Of a stretch of DNA of 64,000 nucleotides, positions 22,761 to 36,305 are shown piece by piece; the first letter of the stretch is position 1; each line of letters opens with the position of its first letter. The notes under the pieces are model-generated. The model saw only the letters and a list, made by a program, of their open reading frames with translations. It ran no database searches and was not told the DNA's origin. This DNA comes from Obrimoposthia wandeli (Eukaryota): positions 1 through 64,000 of the forward strand of contig CDROCS010000294.1 of NCBI GenBank assembly GCA_977020255.1, in the 5' to 3' direction. A program made the position numbers and the translations under genes.

Positions 22761-25700
22761 ACTTATCTAAAGGTTAATATTTCTAGTATGCCTCGGTTAT
22801 GCGTTGGATAATCTAAGTAACTTATGTAGTCAATTCTTTATCTATGATAGATAAATTTCGTATGAATTCCTATCTTAATTCCTAGCCTAAAATATAGGTT
22901 TCTTTTATTATTCTATGTCTCTTATGAAGTCAGTCGATACTAAGTTAACAAACCGGTCAAATCAAATGAATACAAGTTTACAATATTTTATTTTGTTAAA
23001 TATTAAATCAAAAAACAAACTATCAGATTCGCTGTTCACAATATATCTAATGCAAAATAAAATTTGTAAATCAATGTTAAAAACTCCAGGAATGTCTGGG
23101 CCAACTGTGTCTGATGCCGTGTGCAGGCGAATATGATTTTATCGGATACAAAGGGTAGAAGTTAAAAAAACTAAGGCCTGGTTCAGGCTGTATTATGAAT
23201 TTACCCGGATTTTTTATAAATTACTAAACAGCAAAATAAGACCGTGTACAGGTCAAAACAAATTGGAATTTTATGGTTTATATGTGGACAAATTGACTCG
23301 CCGGATGTGTTGGATCTCGGTCTTTGATTGAATTGTTTTTCGCAGATCGTTATGAGATCTTCCTTTGGACGCGATGTGTACTTCTCCGTTAAGACGAGGT
23401 ATGCTTCTCCGTTGGCACGATGTGTACTTCGTCTGATTCTGTCTTTGATCGTCTTCTTAAATTATCTTCTTTGATTTTTTCCTTAAATTTGTGAGGAAAT
23501 TATCGCCTGCTACTCACTTTTGTAGTGCCCCGTCGTCAAATCAGAAACGAGAATATTTCGTGACTCTGATTTACTGCCTCTAAAACCCACTCTCCGTTGT
23601 AGTATCTCAGGTGACGTTTATATGTTGACTCAGAGGTCACCTGAGATTAATTTAACATCCATTTTCTTCTTGGAGTTTAATTAACTCGTTAATTTGTTCC
23701 CCTTAATTTATGTTTTTTTATTTTTTTAAATTTCAGGGTCATAAAATGTCCTTGGCCTGGAGTATAAATATTAGCCATTTAATTTAACATTTTCTATTTA
23801 ATTTGTCCGATTCTGTACCTCAATAAATATAAAAAACTGTAAACATTTTGAAAGATTCAGAACACTTAGCTACTTAGAAAATATTATGAAGAATAATGGA
23901 AAACACGAAGTGCTTTTGAATAAAAAATCATACATTTAGATTTTAGCACTATATTAAATATATTATTGTTATCAAATGTACAAATGGAAGGCAGCCAAAA
24001 GTATACGTTATAAGTGAAAGTCGATTAAAATTATAAAAGAAATCGTAATTACAATTACCATTATAATTAATTGTCAATTATGAAAAGGATTTATTACAGT
24101 TATATCTACAGATCTTTGCAATCAAACTATCTTCAATAATGTATTATTCATATTCTCAAGATAAGAAGTACTCACACTTGCATTCACACTAAATAAATAT
24201 GCAAAAATCCTATGATTTTTCATGACTAATATTTTGTTCTGTTTTATTGTTCTATTGTTCTATCACATTTTTGGTCAAATAATGTTTACAAAATTTGGAG
24301 GTCAAATTCAGTTAGAAATTTAAATGTAAAAATTCGGGCAATTTCGGTTAAAATTGGTTAATTATTTTTAGCAATTATGGTGAAGATTTTTTTCAGTGTA
24401 TCCATTGAAATATGTCATAATTTGCACCTTTTAGAGTCCTAAATATCTTACTAAAAGATATTGGAAGGCATCTAAACAATTTGTTGCAATGCATAAATAA
24501 TCAGTTGCTATATCTGATGAAAGTGGATATTCTTGAGAACTCTTCGAAAATACTAGAGCATCAATTTCATTGGTTATTGGAATATTATAATAATATAAAT
24601 CACTGTATTCTATGTTTTTTTAAGTTTTTTCACAATTACACGATTTTCATAAAATTCATATTCTTTGCTGATGAGTCTTGAAAAGGATTAAAAAAATTTA
24701 GAGTTACTATTTTTTCCATTTTCATTTATATTTTGGTTTTAATTGGGAATATTTTTCATTTCCATCTTAGCATCTAATGGCTGAGAATTCAAGTGAATTT
24801 CACATATTTGACTTTCGAATATATGTAATTAATGACTAATTACTATTAGAAAGTCCAGATTCAAGTTTCTTTTGACATGATCTGAGAAACTACGGCCTAA
24901 AACGTCAGTAAAAGATTTAAATGATTTTGCTGATTGTGACTAAGAGTGACTTAAATTTTTCTATTTTTCGGGCTTTAGATTTTCCCACAAATGGACAGTA
25001 TATCATAATTGTTAACAACGTAGACAATTACTTTTTAGTTATCTCCTCAATATTGCATATAAAATACGTATATGCAACATCAACTTCACATTGTCATGTT
25101 CCCACTTATTTAGAGGTTATGCAAAAGAAAATAATCGTTACAGCATGTATTATATTTGCAAGCTTTTGTCGTTTGTCGCACATAGTACTTCCTGATGTAG
25201 GAGATAATGAAATTCAATTACATATTGTCCAATATCTTGGTTTAATATACAAAATCCCCAACGTTTTCGCTAACCTTGTTTGGAAACTATCTTTTATATC
25301 AATATTAATTTTGGTAAATTTAATGCAGTTAAAATCAATTCTAGTATTCATAAACTTTAACAATTTATATAAATAATTCGGTACCAGCAAATTGAAAAAT
25401 TAAAATTTTCAAAGTTATCAGAAAATGCAATTTTGAATATCTTTTTTGTATTGTTCAATTGTCAGTTATAATTATTGTTTAGAGATGAAAATAATACAGG
25501 AGCTACTTGACACCATAAAGCAGGTTAGAAAAAAATCTCAAATTCAATCTTTTTTCATAATTAGCGTTTGACGAAAATTGACGAAAAATGACAATTAATT
25601 TGACATAACTTTTTAATTTTATAATTTCTAAAGATAACGCTGTTTTTAATTTTACCTTTTTAAAAAATATACTTTACTCATAAAAAATTAAATAAACTAA

Positions 25701-26025
25701 TAACTTTTATTTAATTTTCCTTTAACGAAATAGCATATTTCCAGTCTAAATATGTTAGCTTATTACGAAAATCTGATCAAACAGAAGTCCAATTCGTCAG
25801 GATTTTGAGATGTCGACATGGGCAGAAAACATATTTTATACACAAAATAACGATGTGACATGTATATGAAGTGCTTGTTTTAGTTTCTAATAGATTCCAT
25901 TGTTGCAAACGCGAGCCACGTTTAAACTGACCCTGACTTACTAATAAAGGTTCTTTAGTTGTCAGCATTACATTGTTGAATTTAGTCGGTCAATTTGATA
26001 GTAAACTGAATCATGATGTTCTGGA

Positions 26026-27250
26026 GAAGCGGTTTCCAACCTTTTTAATGCCATGGCCCGCCATCGTGTATAAAGGTATAATATTTAATAAACACATCAA
26101 ATTTAATCAAATATACAACAAACTTTGGAAATTTAGTTCGATCCTTGAGCTCGATGTTGACTGCAAAGGGCCTAATTTTGTTAGTTTCAATCGCAAGTCT
26201 CCTCGCTTAGTAACGTCAAGTTGATTTATTTTCTTCCTTAATAAGTCAGTTACAACACTAAAGCCATATTCTACCAAACATGAAGATGTAAATAGTTACA
26301 TGTGGGTATTTATTATAAATCGCATCAAACAACCACACTAACTTGAATAGATTTGTAGTTTTTATTCAATACATTAAGTTTTTCCAATATTTCGGATAAA
26401 TTACCCAAAAAGATTTGCCAGCAACTGGCACCAGAATCTTCATTTCAGGGTTTTCTTTTAAAAAATCACTCAAAGGGTCAAACAGTTGCATTGACCTTTT
26501 CAAACAATTTTGACAGCTATCTTACAGACGTGTAATGCACCGATCTTTCTTAGTTTGCGTTTTTATTGTCACAAAACATTTTAGCATAAGCTTTGATATT
26601 TATGATACATTTTATTACAGAGCTCTTCTTATTTAGTACAGGTGCTATGAAATTGAAACCCAAAATCTCCCTATGAATATCAGTGCACAAGCATCAATTA
26701 TGGATTTCATTCCTTCGTTAATTTTAAACAGTCACTTTTCTGTCCAATCATATCAGGAGCACCATCAGAGCACAATATACAATTTTTTTAATATGTTTAT
26801 CTAGTTTATTGTAGATATCTTTAGCAGTACGTGTGTTTTCTAATAATTCACAAAACAATGTTTCTTCAAAAAACTCTTCATTATCAATATATCTTACATA
26901 TACTAATATTAGAGTCTCCCTATCTCTCGTAGTAAATTCGTCCATTTAAATTATGCATTTATTCAGTTATACAGTATTGTTACTAAGTGATATACTTTTG
27001 ACGTCGTTGTCATCCATCTGCTTTGATATTACAGGCTTTATTAAATCCTTATGTTTTTCCAGTTTTCGCTATGATATGACATATTTTATAACTAGACTGG
27101 ATTGGTCTGGGTGGTTTTTGTAATTTGTGCTGAAAGCAACAAATTGTTTGTGGATCTACTTTTATAATTATCCTTCAGTGATTTAAATATTTCAGGCTTT
27201 TCTTTATATGACAATTATGCTTTACTTTCGTATGTACTTCGAGACGACTG
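26026..27250 (-). mobile_element. hAT (Charlie/Buster, ZBED5/FAM200-like) transposase remnant
   Basis: MDEFT...LILVYVRYIDNEEFFEETLFCELLENTRTAKDIYNKL matches the LDES-x-D...LLVYVRY...EEFLFC...TTA-x-DIF motif. AGCGGTTTCCAACCTTTT near 26026 resembles a Charlie-type end. Confidence 0.7.
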
Positions 27251-29564
27251 AAATAGCAGACAAAAAGGTAATCATCCATCATACTTCATGAATTCATATG
27301 TCAAACATTCCTATGAATACTGGTGAACTTTTCTTATTTTCGCTCATTCAAAACTTATTATTTTTTTAAAACATTTTTGGTGTTTATTTTGCAACTTCTT
27401 TCTATTGTAATACAAACACAAGGCTTCAATGTATTTTACTTCAAAATATCAAACTCTATAAAATTCACTCTAAAATTGAATGTATGTAATTTTAAATTTC
27501 TGATCTAAAATTTAAAATACTTGATAAAAGTTGTTCAACGTGAAATTGTAACCTTTGTAATCTTTACATTTATTGCCAATGATTCATCTTTGTTTCTTCC
27601 CGACCCAGAAAATATATACTGGCGCGCTACTTTATTTTACAATCGCATAATACCCAAATTTAACACCAACAATACGACAATAATATATTCAATATAGCGC
27701 TATTAACTAATTAATCTACTATAGTAAAGTCTTCGGCTGTATCGTTAATTTTTCAACATTTTTCTTATATTCACTGGTAAATTGTAAAGATTCGGAGTAT
27801 AAATTTCAAATATTCCATCATCCTTCTTTTTTTTTAATGAGAAATAAATGCGCATCGAAACTTTGAGTTGAAAAGTTGACTGACTATTATCATTAAAGAA
27901 ATTCTAAAGAAAGCACTAAAGTTCACACGATATATTTTCCTTGGTTCTTTACTCAGCGCAGATTTTATGGTTTGTTATTCATCCAAAAGCTATTTAGAAG
28001 GGACAACAGTGCATAAAAAAGTTCACTTATTACGACAAAGCGAACGAAAATCAAATTGGAGCCAAATTCGTGGAGTTATTCACAAGCAAAGTGAAAATTT
28101 CTATTTATAAAAACATAAGTGCGTAAAAAAATATTTGTGGGGGAATATTTTCGAGGCCTCTCAATCATGATGAATGCCGGGAGGAATTTTTTCCCATCAT
28201 TTCCGATCATACCCAAAACAGGGAAAATGTGTTTTATCGAAAATCCGAAAATCTCGGCCGCAAAACTCGAATAGATGTGTGAATATTTATCATTTTCGAA
28301 TAAAATCTTCATCTACTTGTAGCCAGTGAACCCATCTACCTTTCTCATATTCCTTGTCATTAAGTTCGAGCAACTTTGTCTTACACTTTAAGCTTTTTAA
28401 CGCGAAAAGCCGAGAAAAACCCATTCTTTTCAACTTTCCCCAAGGGTTACAAATTTTGTTCCCCGAAAATTTTTTTTTTCTTCTCAAAATAAACAAAGCC
28501 TAAGCAACTAACCTCTATATCTTCGATTTTCCGAGAGAAATTCCGAGAAATTGCATAAAACAGTGTCTCAAAGTGGGCATCGTGGAAACCAACACATAAA
28601 CACGGATTAAAAACAACGTTGAACTGAATTTTCCCTTGGGTTCTGATAATTCATCATCGGAAGAAGAATTGGAACAATAATTTCCGAATGTAGATACTAT
28701 AATGTTGACCGGTAAATTTTTTTTTGGATTATCCAAATTACATTTGTTATAGAACGTTAATTTTGCAAATTTGTGTAATCGAGTGTAATCTGTTATGGAA
28801 GCCTGCAGTTCCTGAGTTCTTAACTGCATGGGACTTGTGTGTTAAGGCATATCCTAGATAAATCCCGAAATCTCAAGGTTATGTTTGGGGCAAACGTTTG
28901 TTTAAGAAACACAAGAATGTAAAATACGATTTATTATTTTACAAATTCCAAAATATATGTTAGTACACACGTCCGAAAACAATGTTTATTACACCAATAA
29001 AATTTAGTCGTTCTATTGTTGATTTATTAGGGGATCGGTAGAAAATTTATGATATTGAATTGGTAATTTAATTTTGTAATGTGATCGGGCCTACATGCCT
29101 TTTAGCGATTTTCTGCTCTCAGTCTCGTTGGATTTGTCCTCAACGTCGTCAGCATCTAACTCTAGCTATATTGTCTTTCACGGAATTTCTTCTTCTTATA
29201 CTTTGTTAGATTCGAGTTTGATTGACAGTAGATTCTTTACTCACGACTAGCGATTTTCCTGCCTCTATGTGTTTACTCAGTCTTGAATTCTCCTGCTCTG
29301 TTAGCAACCACACATTTTATTTCATACCTCAGGTGGCTCTGACTAATATAGTCCGACGCGCTATTTTATTTCACCATCGCATAATACCCAATTTTAACAA
29401 CAATACAACAATAATATATTTAATAATAGATCACGATAATTCTCAAAACCAAATTAGAGTGTGACTCAGTTTCATTTTTTTTGTGTGAATGAAGTCTTGT
29501 AAACCTTTTAATGATTTCTTCAAGATTATACTGGAAATCTCTCTGAATGCGGATTTAACTGAAA

Positions 29565-29760
29565 TCATTTAAACGGTACAATAGTTGTTCTAGTATAAGA
29601 TTTCAGTCTCTTCGAGGTACTAAAGAATCTTTCGGAATCGCACAATGTAACGTGAATAGTACAGCGAATAAGAAGTAAATTGAAAGTATTAGGAAATATA
29701 ATCTTGTTACATCGCTTGTTAGTGGCCAAGTTGTTATTCCAGTACAAATCAATACTGTTC
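29565..29760 (-). pseudogene. hAT C-terminal dimerisation domain remnant
   Basis: HVTLCDSERFFSTSKRLKSYTRTT matches the PVT-x2-SERSFS-x-LKRLK-x-Y-x-R-x-T motif. Confidence 0.6.
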
Positions 29761-32232
29761 CGTGCTGATTGGTTGATAGTAAGATACTGTTAAATATATC
29801 TGTCTTCCGCCTTTGTGTATAATATGTATTTATTTAAATCAAAAACTAGTATGTAGATATATAGAAGTATGTACGTTTATTTTTATGAGTGCTAACATAT
29901 AACGAATATAGACGGTAAACAATTTAGAGTCAATATCTCGGCTCTTCGTTACCCAATTTTGTTGGTCTCGTTAATTTGGAGAATATTCTTAGGTTTGTTC
30001 CAGATTCCAATAACAAAAAGATTGCGAAAATGTTGTATTTCTAGTAGAGATATCCTTTTATTAATCAGTATCAAAAATGCTGATATTCAAAATCAAATTT
30101 TGTTTGACAAAAATTGTAGTTATTCATCAATTTAGGTAAAAATGAGAAGTTAATTTGTGTTTCTGATTATTGTCTTTATAACTGCAAACTGTAATGCACA
30201 AGGAAGAAAAACAGTGGCTTTAACAATTATATCAAATTTCTTTATGCTAACCAGTTTTTTATTCAATTTTCTGTTGTAAGTAAATTTGCAGGTTCACATA
30301 CGTAAATCGGAATCACTACACAGATATAGGCAGTAAAATTACAGGTGTGTGTGGCGCACTTAAAAATGGGCAGGAAGGAAAATCAATAGAGTAAGCAGTA
30401 ATTCCTTCTGTTTTATCTCCTACTTAATGGGCAATTTTACCATCGCGAAGCAGGAGATAACATCCAGCCGTCGCGGTCTTAAAAATCGTACTTTGATGAA
30501 ATATGTTATAAATGTCTCCGAATAAATATGATAAAAATGTTATTAAGGTCTCGATCAAATTCTTCCAAAATAGTTGCAAAATTTCCAAAAATGCAACTGC
30601 TCAAAAATTGATTACTTTTGCCACTGCGATATTTCCCGCGATAGAAATGCTAAGCCTCAGGTATTTCTATTTTTAGCATTTTATCAATTCTTAATCTATT
30701 TTTAGACGAACGGATTTTCTGTCTGATAATTGAAAACACTGAAAAAGGCTCTGACAACTTTTATTATTGTGAAAATTTAAATAGTTAGAATTTCTGGGGA
30801 TATCTGTCCAACAGCCGCTTCATACAGCAACCACACAAAACGTCACAAGATCCCGACACAGCAATAAATAATATTTCAATTCCCAACAAATAGAGATACG
30901 GCGGCGGTGATGCCCTGTTATTTTTTTTATGAAAAATAATATGAAAGCACTTGTTTGAGATTTATATTTGTATGTTTATGAGAAAGAAAAAACTCAACTG
31001 ACATCGAAATATCATATCCAGGTTTAGTCTTACTATGTCTAGGCATATAACTGTGAGTAGGGATATTTTCGTTGAATAACATACACGGGTTCCTTTTATA
31101 TTTTAGCCAATTTAAAAGAAATCTTATGAACTTGGTCTTGTTTCATCCAACAATGTTGTAAATTTGAACCTCTTTAATATATTTAAACAGTTGTATTTAG
31201 TATATATTTTTAATGTTTTCATAATGCATCAATTAGAATTTCTAGCATCATTTCAGTGACAGCTTTTATATGGATGTAGAGTTTGAAAAGCATGCATGAA
31301 GTATGTATGTATTACTTTATTAAATATTAACAGAAGATTGCTAAGTAACCATTTTAAGCATAAAATAAATTAAAAGATCTTAAATAAAACAACAAAATAT
31401 TTAAAAAAAATTAAGTATTACAAATTTTATATATTTTCTTTCTTTTTATACCATTTTTCATACTATATTTGAATAGATCTTACGATTTCAAGATTTCAAG
31501 TAAAACTGTGAAACTTCCGCGTATCATAAATAGGATTTTAAATATGTTTACATTTATAGTTGTATAAATAGAATAAATATATATCTTTTCATGTTTCTAT
31601 ATTTCACTATTCAATTGAGATTATCAGATTTCACAAAATGTTTTTACTTTTGTTTATTACTGGCTATTAGCAGTAGTTTTAATATACTTAGCAAATTACT
31701 ATAATAGAAAAATCTATTAACAATAGTGCTAAAATCTTATAAATCTATGATTTATAAGTCAAAATTGCTACAGTTTCTTTTATCCATCGGTAAATTGTTG
31801 TAAAGATTCGGAGAATAATTTTCAGATATTCCATCACACTTTATTTGAGTATTTCTTGATGAACTCCATTTCTTGTCGTTAATTTAACGACTAATGACAC
31901 GTGACATCTAAATCTTTTAGTTTTTTTATAATTATTTAATAAGGAGTGCATTGAAAAAAATCAGATTTTCTTTAAGTTTCATATTTAAAAAGTTATTATC
32001 ATTTCGACACGCTTACATTAATGAATAAATTAGAATAACACAGTGTCATTCGACTAATCTTGAATCACAATGATTTTTTTCGAATTGACCTTACGACTGT
32101 ACGATTTATGATTAGGCTATAAAAAGTCAATGTTTATTAGCAAAATTGGTGAGTTTGGTTGTATAGTTTTAAGTGACGAAGTGTATTAGGATTCTTATGT
32201 AAAGTGGAGAGGATTTATGTGAAGTATGATAG

Positions 32233-33865
32233 TGTTGGGGTTTATATTTGAAACTCTTAAATATATCCTCGGATAGAGTGCCCCAACGTGAGTTCTATAG
32301 AAATATGGCTTGGAGTTGTTTGTGGCTTATTTAGATTGTGCTTACCTGTCTCAATGTCTAATCTGAAGGTTTGTTTTTGCTTGTTGTTGTGGAGTTGTGT
32401 GAAGAGCTGTGTATACGGTACTGGAAAAATTCCCTTAGTGTGGTGTAATGTATGAAGTTGTTGGCATTTTCTTTAAGTTCAAATACTTGTTCAACACAAC
32501 GCTGTTTAATTGTAGGAAAGCTTTATTATTGAAAACACACTATTTTACGTTTTTAAAAACGACAACAACTAATCCTAACTTCTCTTCACTAAACCTCACA
32601 CAAATGGGGATGTCTTACGTATCGATTTTATAATTTCTTTAGTCGAAGCGTTTACTTCTTCTTATGATTTTATCGTATAAAATGTGGGCGATTTTAAATT
32701 TAACTTATTTTATCTTCGTCGTAAAAATATGGACGATTTTAATTCAAAGCTTTTATTTCATTTTAAGATTCTATCGTACAAAATATGGCGATTTTAGTGG
32801 AAAACTTTATACTGATATTTTATAAACGTATTTCAAGATGAATACTTTCACTTTAATAATATTCAATAAGGCAGTTCAATAGGGCAATTTCACTTTATCT
32901 ATCTTTAAATAATATAGTCAATTACTATTTAATATGGGCAATTCAATATCTTCAAATAATATAGACAATTACTATGTAATATGGCAATTCAATATCTTCA
33001 AATAATATTCTATAAATAATATAGTTTAATTTCTTTTCTCACCTTTCTCAAATCCGAGAGATAGTTGCGTCCGTCTGTGAGTCTGTAGTGTATAGTCTTA
33101 GAACAATGTAGGTAAGGGAAGTCGGCAAATTAGTTTCGTACCTTTATTTTTCATCGTCCACTGCGAGGTTGTTCAGAACAAATATGGCATTTGAATTTAC
33201 TTTTCTTCGTTTTTTCAATTTTAGTCTTCTTAATATCCTGTTAGTTTTGTCCTCCGAAATTGATTTGAATTCGATTCTTTATTTTCTGTCGCGCTTGGAT
33301 TTTATCGACGAGTTCTGTATATCTGTTTCTGGATATCAACTGTGACATTTTTATAAATATCCTTTTTCGACTTTGATATAAATTTTTTTCGCCTGGCAAA
33401 CGCTGTCTTCCTTTTTTATACTCCTGAATCTGGGAAACAATAATAATTTTGCACTTAGTTTATGTGTTCTTACCTACGTGTCTGGAGATCAGCTGGATAT
33501 TCACAGCGTCTTCTTGCTGCTTCGGATACAGTGGCGCTTAATGGGCTTCCTTGACTGGCGCTAATGTGTCGAGATTTATATTTGGCCTGGCGTAATTGTA
33601 TCGCTAATGGATTCGATTTCTCGTAATAAGTTTCTTTAATTCGATTTTGCCTTCTATATTTTTTGCACCTTTTGGGCCCTAAACTCTCCTTATATATAGC
33701 ACACTAAACACTTGACCTCTTCAAGGTCCTAAAATACTTTTAATAAAATTATATTAGTTTTAATTTTTAATTTATTTTTTAACCTTGCGTACTTTGCTTC
33801 AAGGATTCATTTCACTATATAAAAATAATTATTTTTTGAAAATTAATAAAATCCTAATTCTAACA
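32233..33865 (-). mobile_element. Solo LTR related to LTR A, TSD ATAG
   Basis: TG...CA termini; ATAG at 32229-32232 and 33866-33869; ends homologous to LTR A (e.g. CCCCAACGTGAGTTC, ATCCTTGAAGCAA). Confidence 0.85.
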
Positions 33866-33954
33866 ATAGAAATGATATGTGATGGAGTGGTCAACAATAA
33901 AGATGAGAAATAATAAAAAGGATATTTGTTAATAAATAGAATAATAAGTAATAA

Positions 33955-34858
33955 TGTTATATTTTGTTAATTTCCAATATATTCAGTTTTTCCAAAAATA
34001 ATCTGCAACTAATTTCTTGTATAATTGAATAGTTTTCTATAAATCTGAACGAATCTGAACAATTTGTTTTTGAAAATATATTTGACGGTATATAAATGGA
34101 TAAAAATTTTCAGTGATAATAATCAAAATGGGATATATTTTTAAGAAAAATGAAATTGAATTATGGCAATACAAATCTGTCAGAGTGATAATTTTTAATA
34201 GCCAATAGAGATAAAATTTTTCCGTGTGTCCATTATAATGACGACGATTGCTATAAATAGCAATCGTCCAAATGTCAACTGGGCAAGGCTGATTCGCATA
34301 ATGTCAGAGCAGAAAGAAACGAAATCCATGCGAGATCGACGATTGCTATAAATAGCAATCGTCTAAACACAGTTTTCGGTATTTTTTTAATCTTGGGGTT
34401 TCAATCAATGGGTCCATGCAATCTTGTCATTAAGGGAATTTAGTTGCCATCAGGAGGGACTGCGAGTCGGCAGAGTGCGACCGATGGAGCACTGGAGGGA
34501 GCCAAGCGCACACAAACTCCCGGCACGCACGCACACACACATAGGATGATGCCGGCCGACCGGGATGACGTACACAGAACTGCGGACTGCGGAACCGGCC
34601 GAGAAAGGGCAAACCGCCGCCGCATCTGCTGCAAAGCTGGGCGAAAACCCCTGGCGGCCAAAACCACCCTTTATTTTCATCACTAAAAAAAAACAGCCGC
34701 CCTCCCGATGAGCCTGGCAAGGCGAAACGGGCTAACAACCCGTCGGAGGCTGAGATTTGATAAACCTCCCTAATTGTGGGTACTTTAGATAATTTTAAAG
34801 AATGTCAATTTAAATTGACTGTAATTTATTTTAATTAATTTTAATTAAAGACCCAACA
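33955..34858 (-). repeat. 3' LTR of element B
   Basis: Direct repeat of 47348-48251. Confidence 0.97.
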
Positions 34859-35129
34859 ATCCTATGGGGGTATACAAAGTCAGACCTCTGACGTTTTATA
34901 TTTAACAAAGATGTTTGTTTAATTGTTAAAATAATCATTGTTAAACATAGTTAAAAAAAAATTGTCATCATTTAAAATATGGATTCATTCATGCTATAAA
35001 ATTATTTTTATGCTTTGGATAAAAATCAGCCATAAACACGATTACTCTAGTAGTGTTTACTTTTTTTATTTTCTGTTCACTCTGATTTTTCTCGAAACAT
35101 TTTCTAAAATAATAAATTTTCCTACCACT

Positions 35130-36305
35130 TTAAATGTTGTCCTCAGAATCAGAGGAGGTGAGATCTATAACTTCATATAGGTCATTACTGGCAATGTAGG
35201 GGAGAGAGACAGTCAGTCCACATTCTTTTATTAGCTCTTGCTCTTTATGGAGGAAAATTTTTCGGGTCCATTGCGTGTCTATGAGGCTAGAGTGGGTATT
35301 CTTTTGTATTTCTTTATTGAAATACCACGAAACTATTCGAGCAAGTCCGGCTTGTTCTCTACGGTTCATTTCCATTTGAATAGTTTGTGTTGCCCCTAGA
35401 TCAACCGTGTGCGAAAAATCGTTTTTTTGTAATCCTAAAACTTTGAGATCGTTGGATATTCCCGTCCCTACGAAAATATTGTCTCTTAGTAAGGATTGGA
35501 CACGTTCTAACACTTCGACAGAATCAGGTTGGTTTCTTAACTTCCGTTCATTAAGGCCCGTTATTCTTGTCACATAATTCCTGATTCTGTCTCTGCTATT
35601 GCATTTCGTATCCAACACGATCTGTCCGCTTCTATTCATTATTGTAATGCTAGCTAGGTGGGTTTGTTTGTTCATTTTTACTACCATTTCACAATCGACA
35701 AAAAATATTTGAGGATTGTTGGGTATGATATTCAAATGGCAGACTTGAACGGGATTAGGTCGCACATTTTGCTCCATGAAAAATATGTTATTTCCACCCG
35801 AAAAACGAATCATCAAATCGGGAGTTATTTGATGTCTCATTAATCTGTAAGAGTGGTTTTGCAGGAGAAGGATAGAAAAATGTTTGCTTTTCCTGTGTTT
35901 TAAAAATCCACGGCCTTTTGCTACGTGAATCTCAATGTCCGTGCATATTGGTAAGAAATTCATCAACTCAAACAGTCTTTTTTCTGTTGGCTTTTTACTA
36001 TTTATGTTGAGAATTATACTTTGTCTTGGGGTGTCTCTTAACTTAATGCTATTTGGAAGCTGGGTCTGATTGTCAAAAAGCTTTATTCCGTAATGGTTAT
36101 GGAAATACCTTGTTCCAAACTGTCTTATTTTTCCATAAAGGAACTTAGCCATTTTCGCCATTTCTGGACGTTGTTCTGCTAATTGGACCGACTTCTCTCT
36201 CTTTCCCGCGGCACCACCTGCCAGTTCAAATGAGGATTCGTGCTTGTGGGTTCCATCTGTAGGGTATACAGATATAGTAAAAAAATGTTGATCTTTTACA
36301 TGCAA
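35130..36305 (-). CDS. DEDDh 3'-5' exonuclease (ISG20/REX4-like) with unknown N-terminal half and C-terminal SIM-like motif
   Basis: ExoI FFVDCEMV, ExoII FVGTGISNDLKVL, ExoIII THSSLID; NYVTRITGL; C-terminus EVIDLTSSDSED. Confidence 0.9.
   Translation of the reverse strand: MHVKDQHFFTISVYPTDGTHKHESSFELAGGAAGKREKSVQLAEQRPEMAKMAKFLYGKIRQFGTRYFHNHYGIKLFDNQTQLPNSIKLRDTPRQSIILNINSKKPTEKRLFELMNFLPICTDIEIHVAKGRGFLKHRKSKHFSILLLQNHSYRLMRHQITPDLMIRFSGGNNIFFMEQNVRPNPVQVCHLNIIPNNPQIFFVDCEMVVKMNKQTHLASITIMNRSGQIVLDTKCNSRDRIRNYVTRITGLNERKLRNQPDSVEVLERVQSLLRDNIFVGTGISNDLKVLGLQKNDFSHTVDLGATQTIQMEMNRREQAGLARIVSWYFNKEIQKNTHSSLIDTQWTRKIFLHKEQELIKECGLTVSLPYIASNDLYEVIDLTSSDSEDNI

Noticed and set aside
16057-25400. 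Scattered 60-150 aa ORFs in AT-rich DNA
   Set aside because: Low-complexity, hydrophobic-biased translations with no motifs or splice support.
34430-34738. ORFs in the GC-rich part of both B LTRs (also 47823-48176)
   Set aside because: Open on both strands in several frames with no motifs; expected for GC-rich U3 sequence.
35700-36305. dsRNA-binding domain in the exonuclease N-terminus
   Set aside because: Only a vague G...K...AEQ similarity; the core dsRBD pattern is absent.
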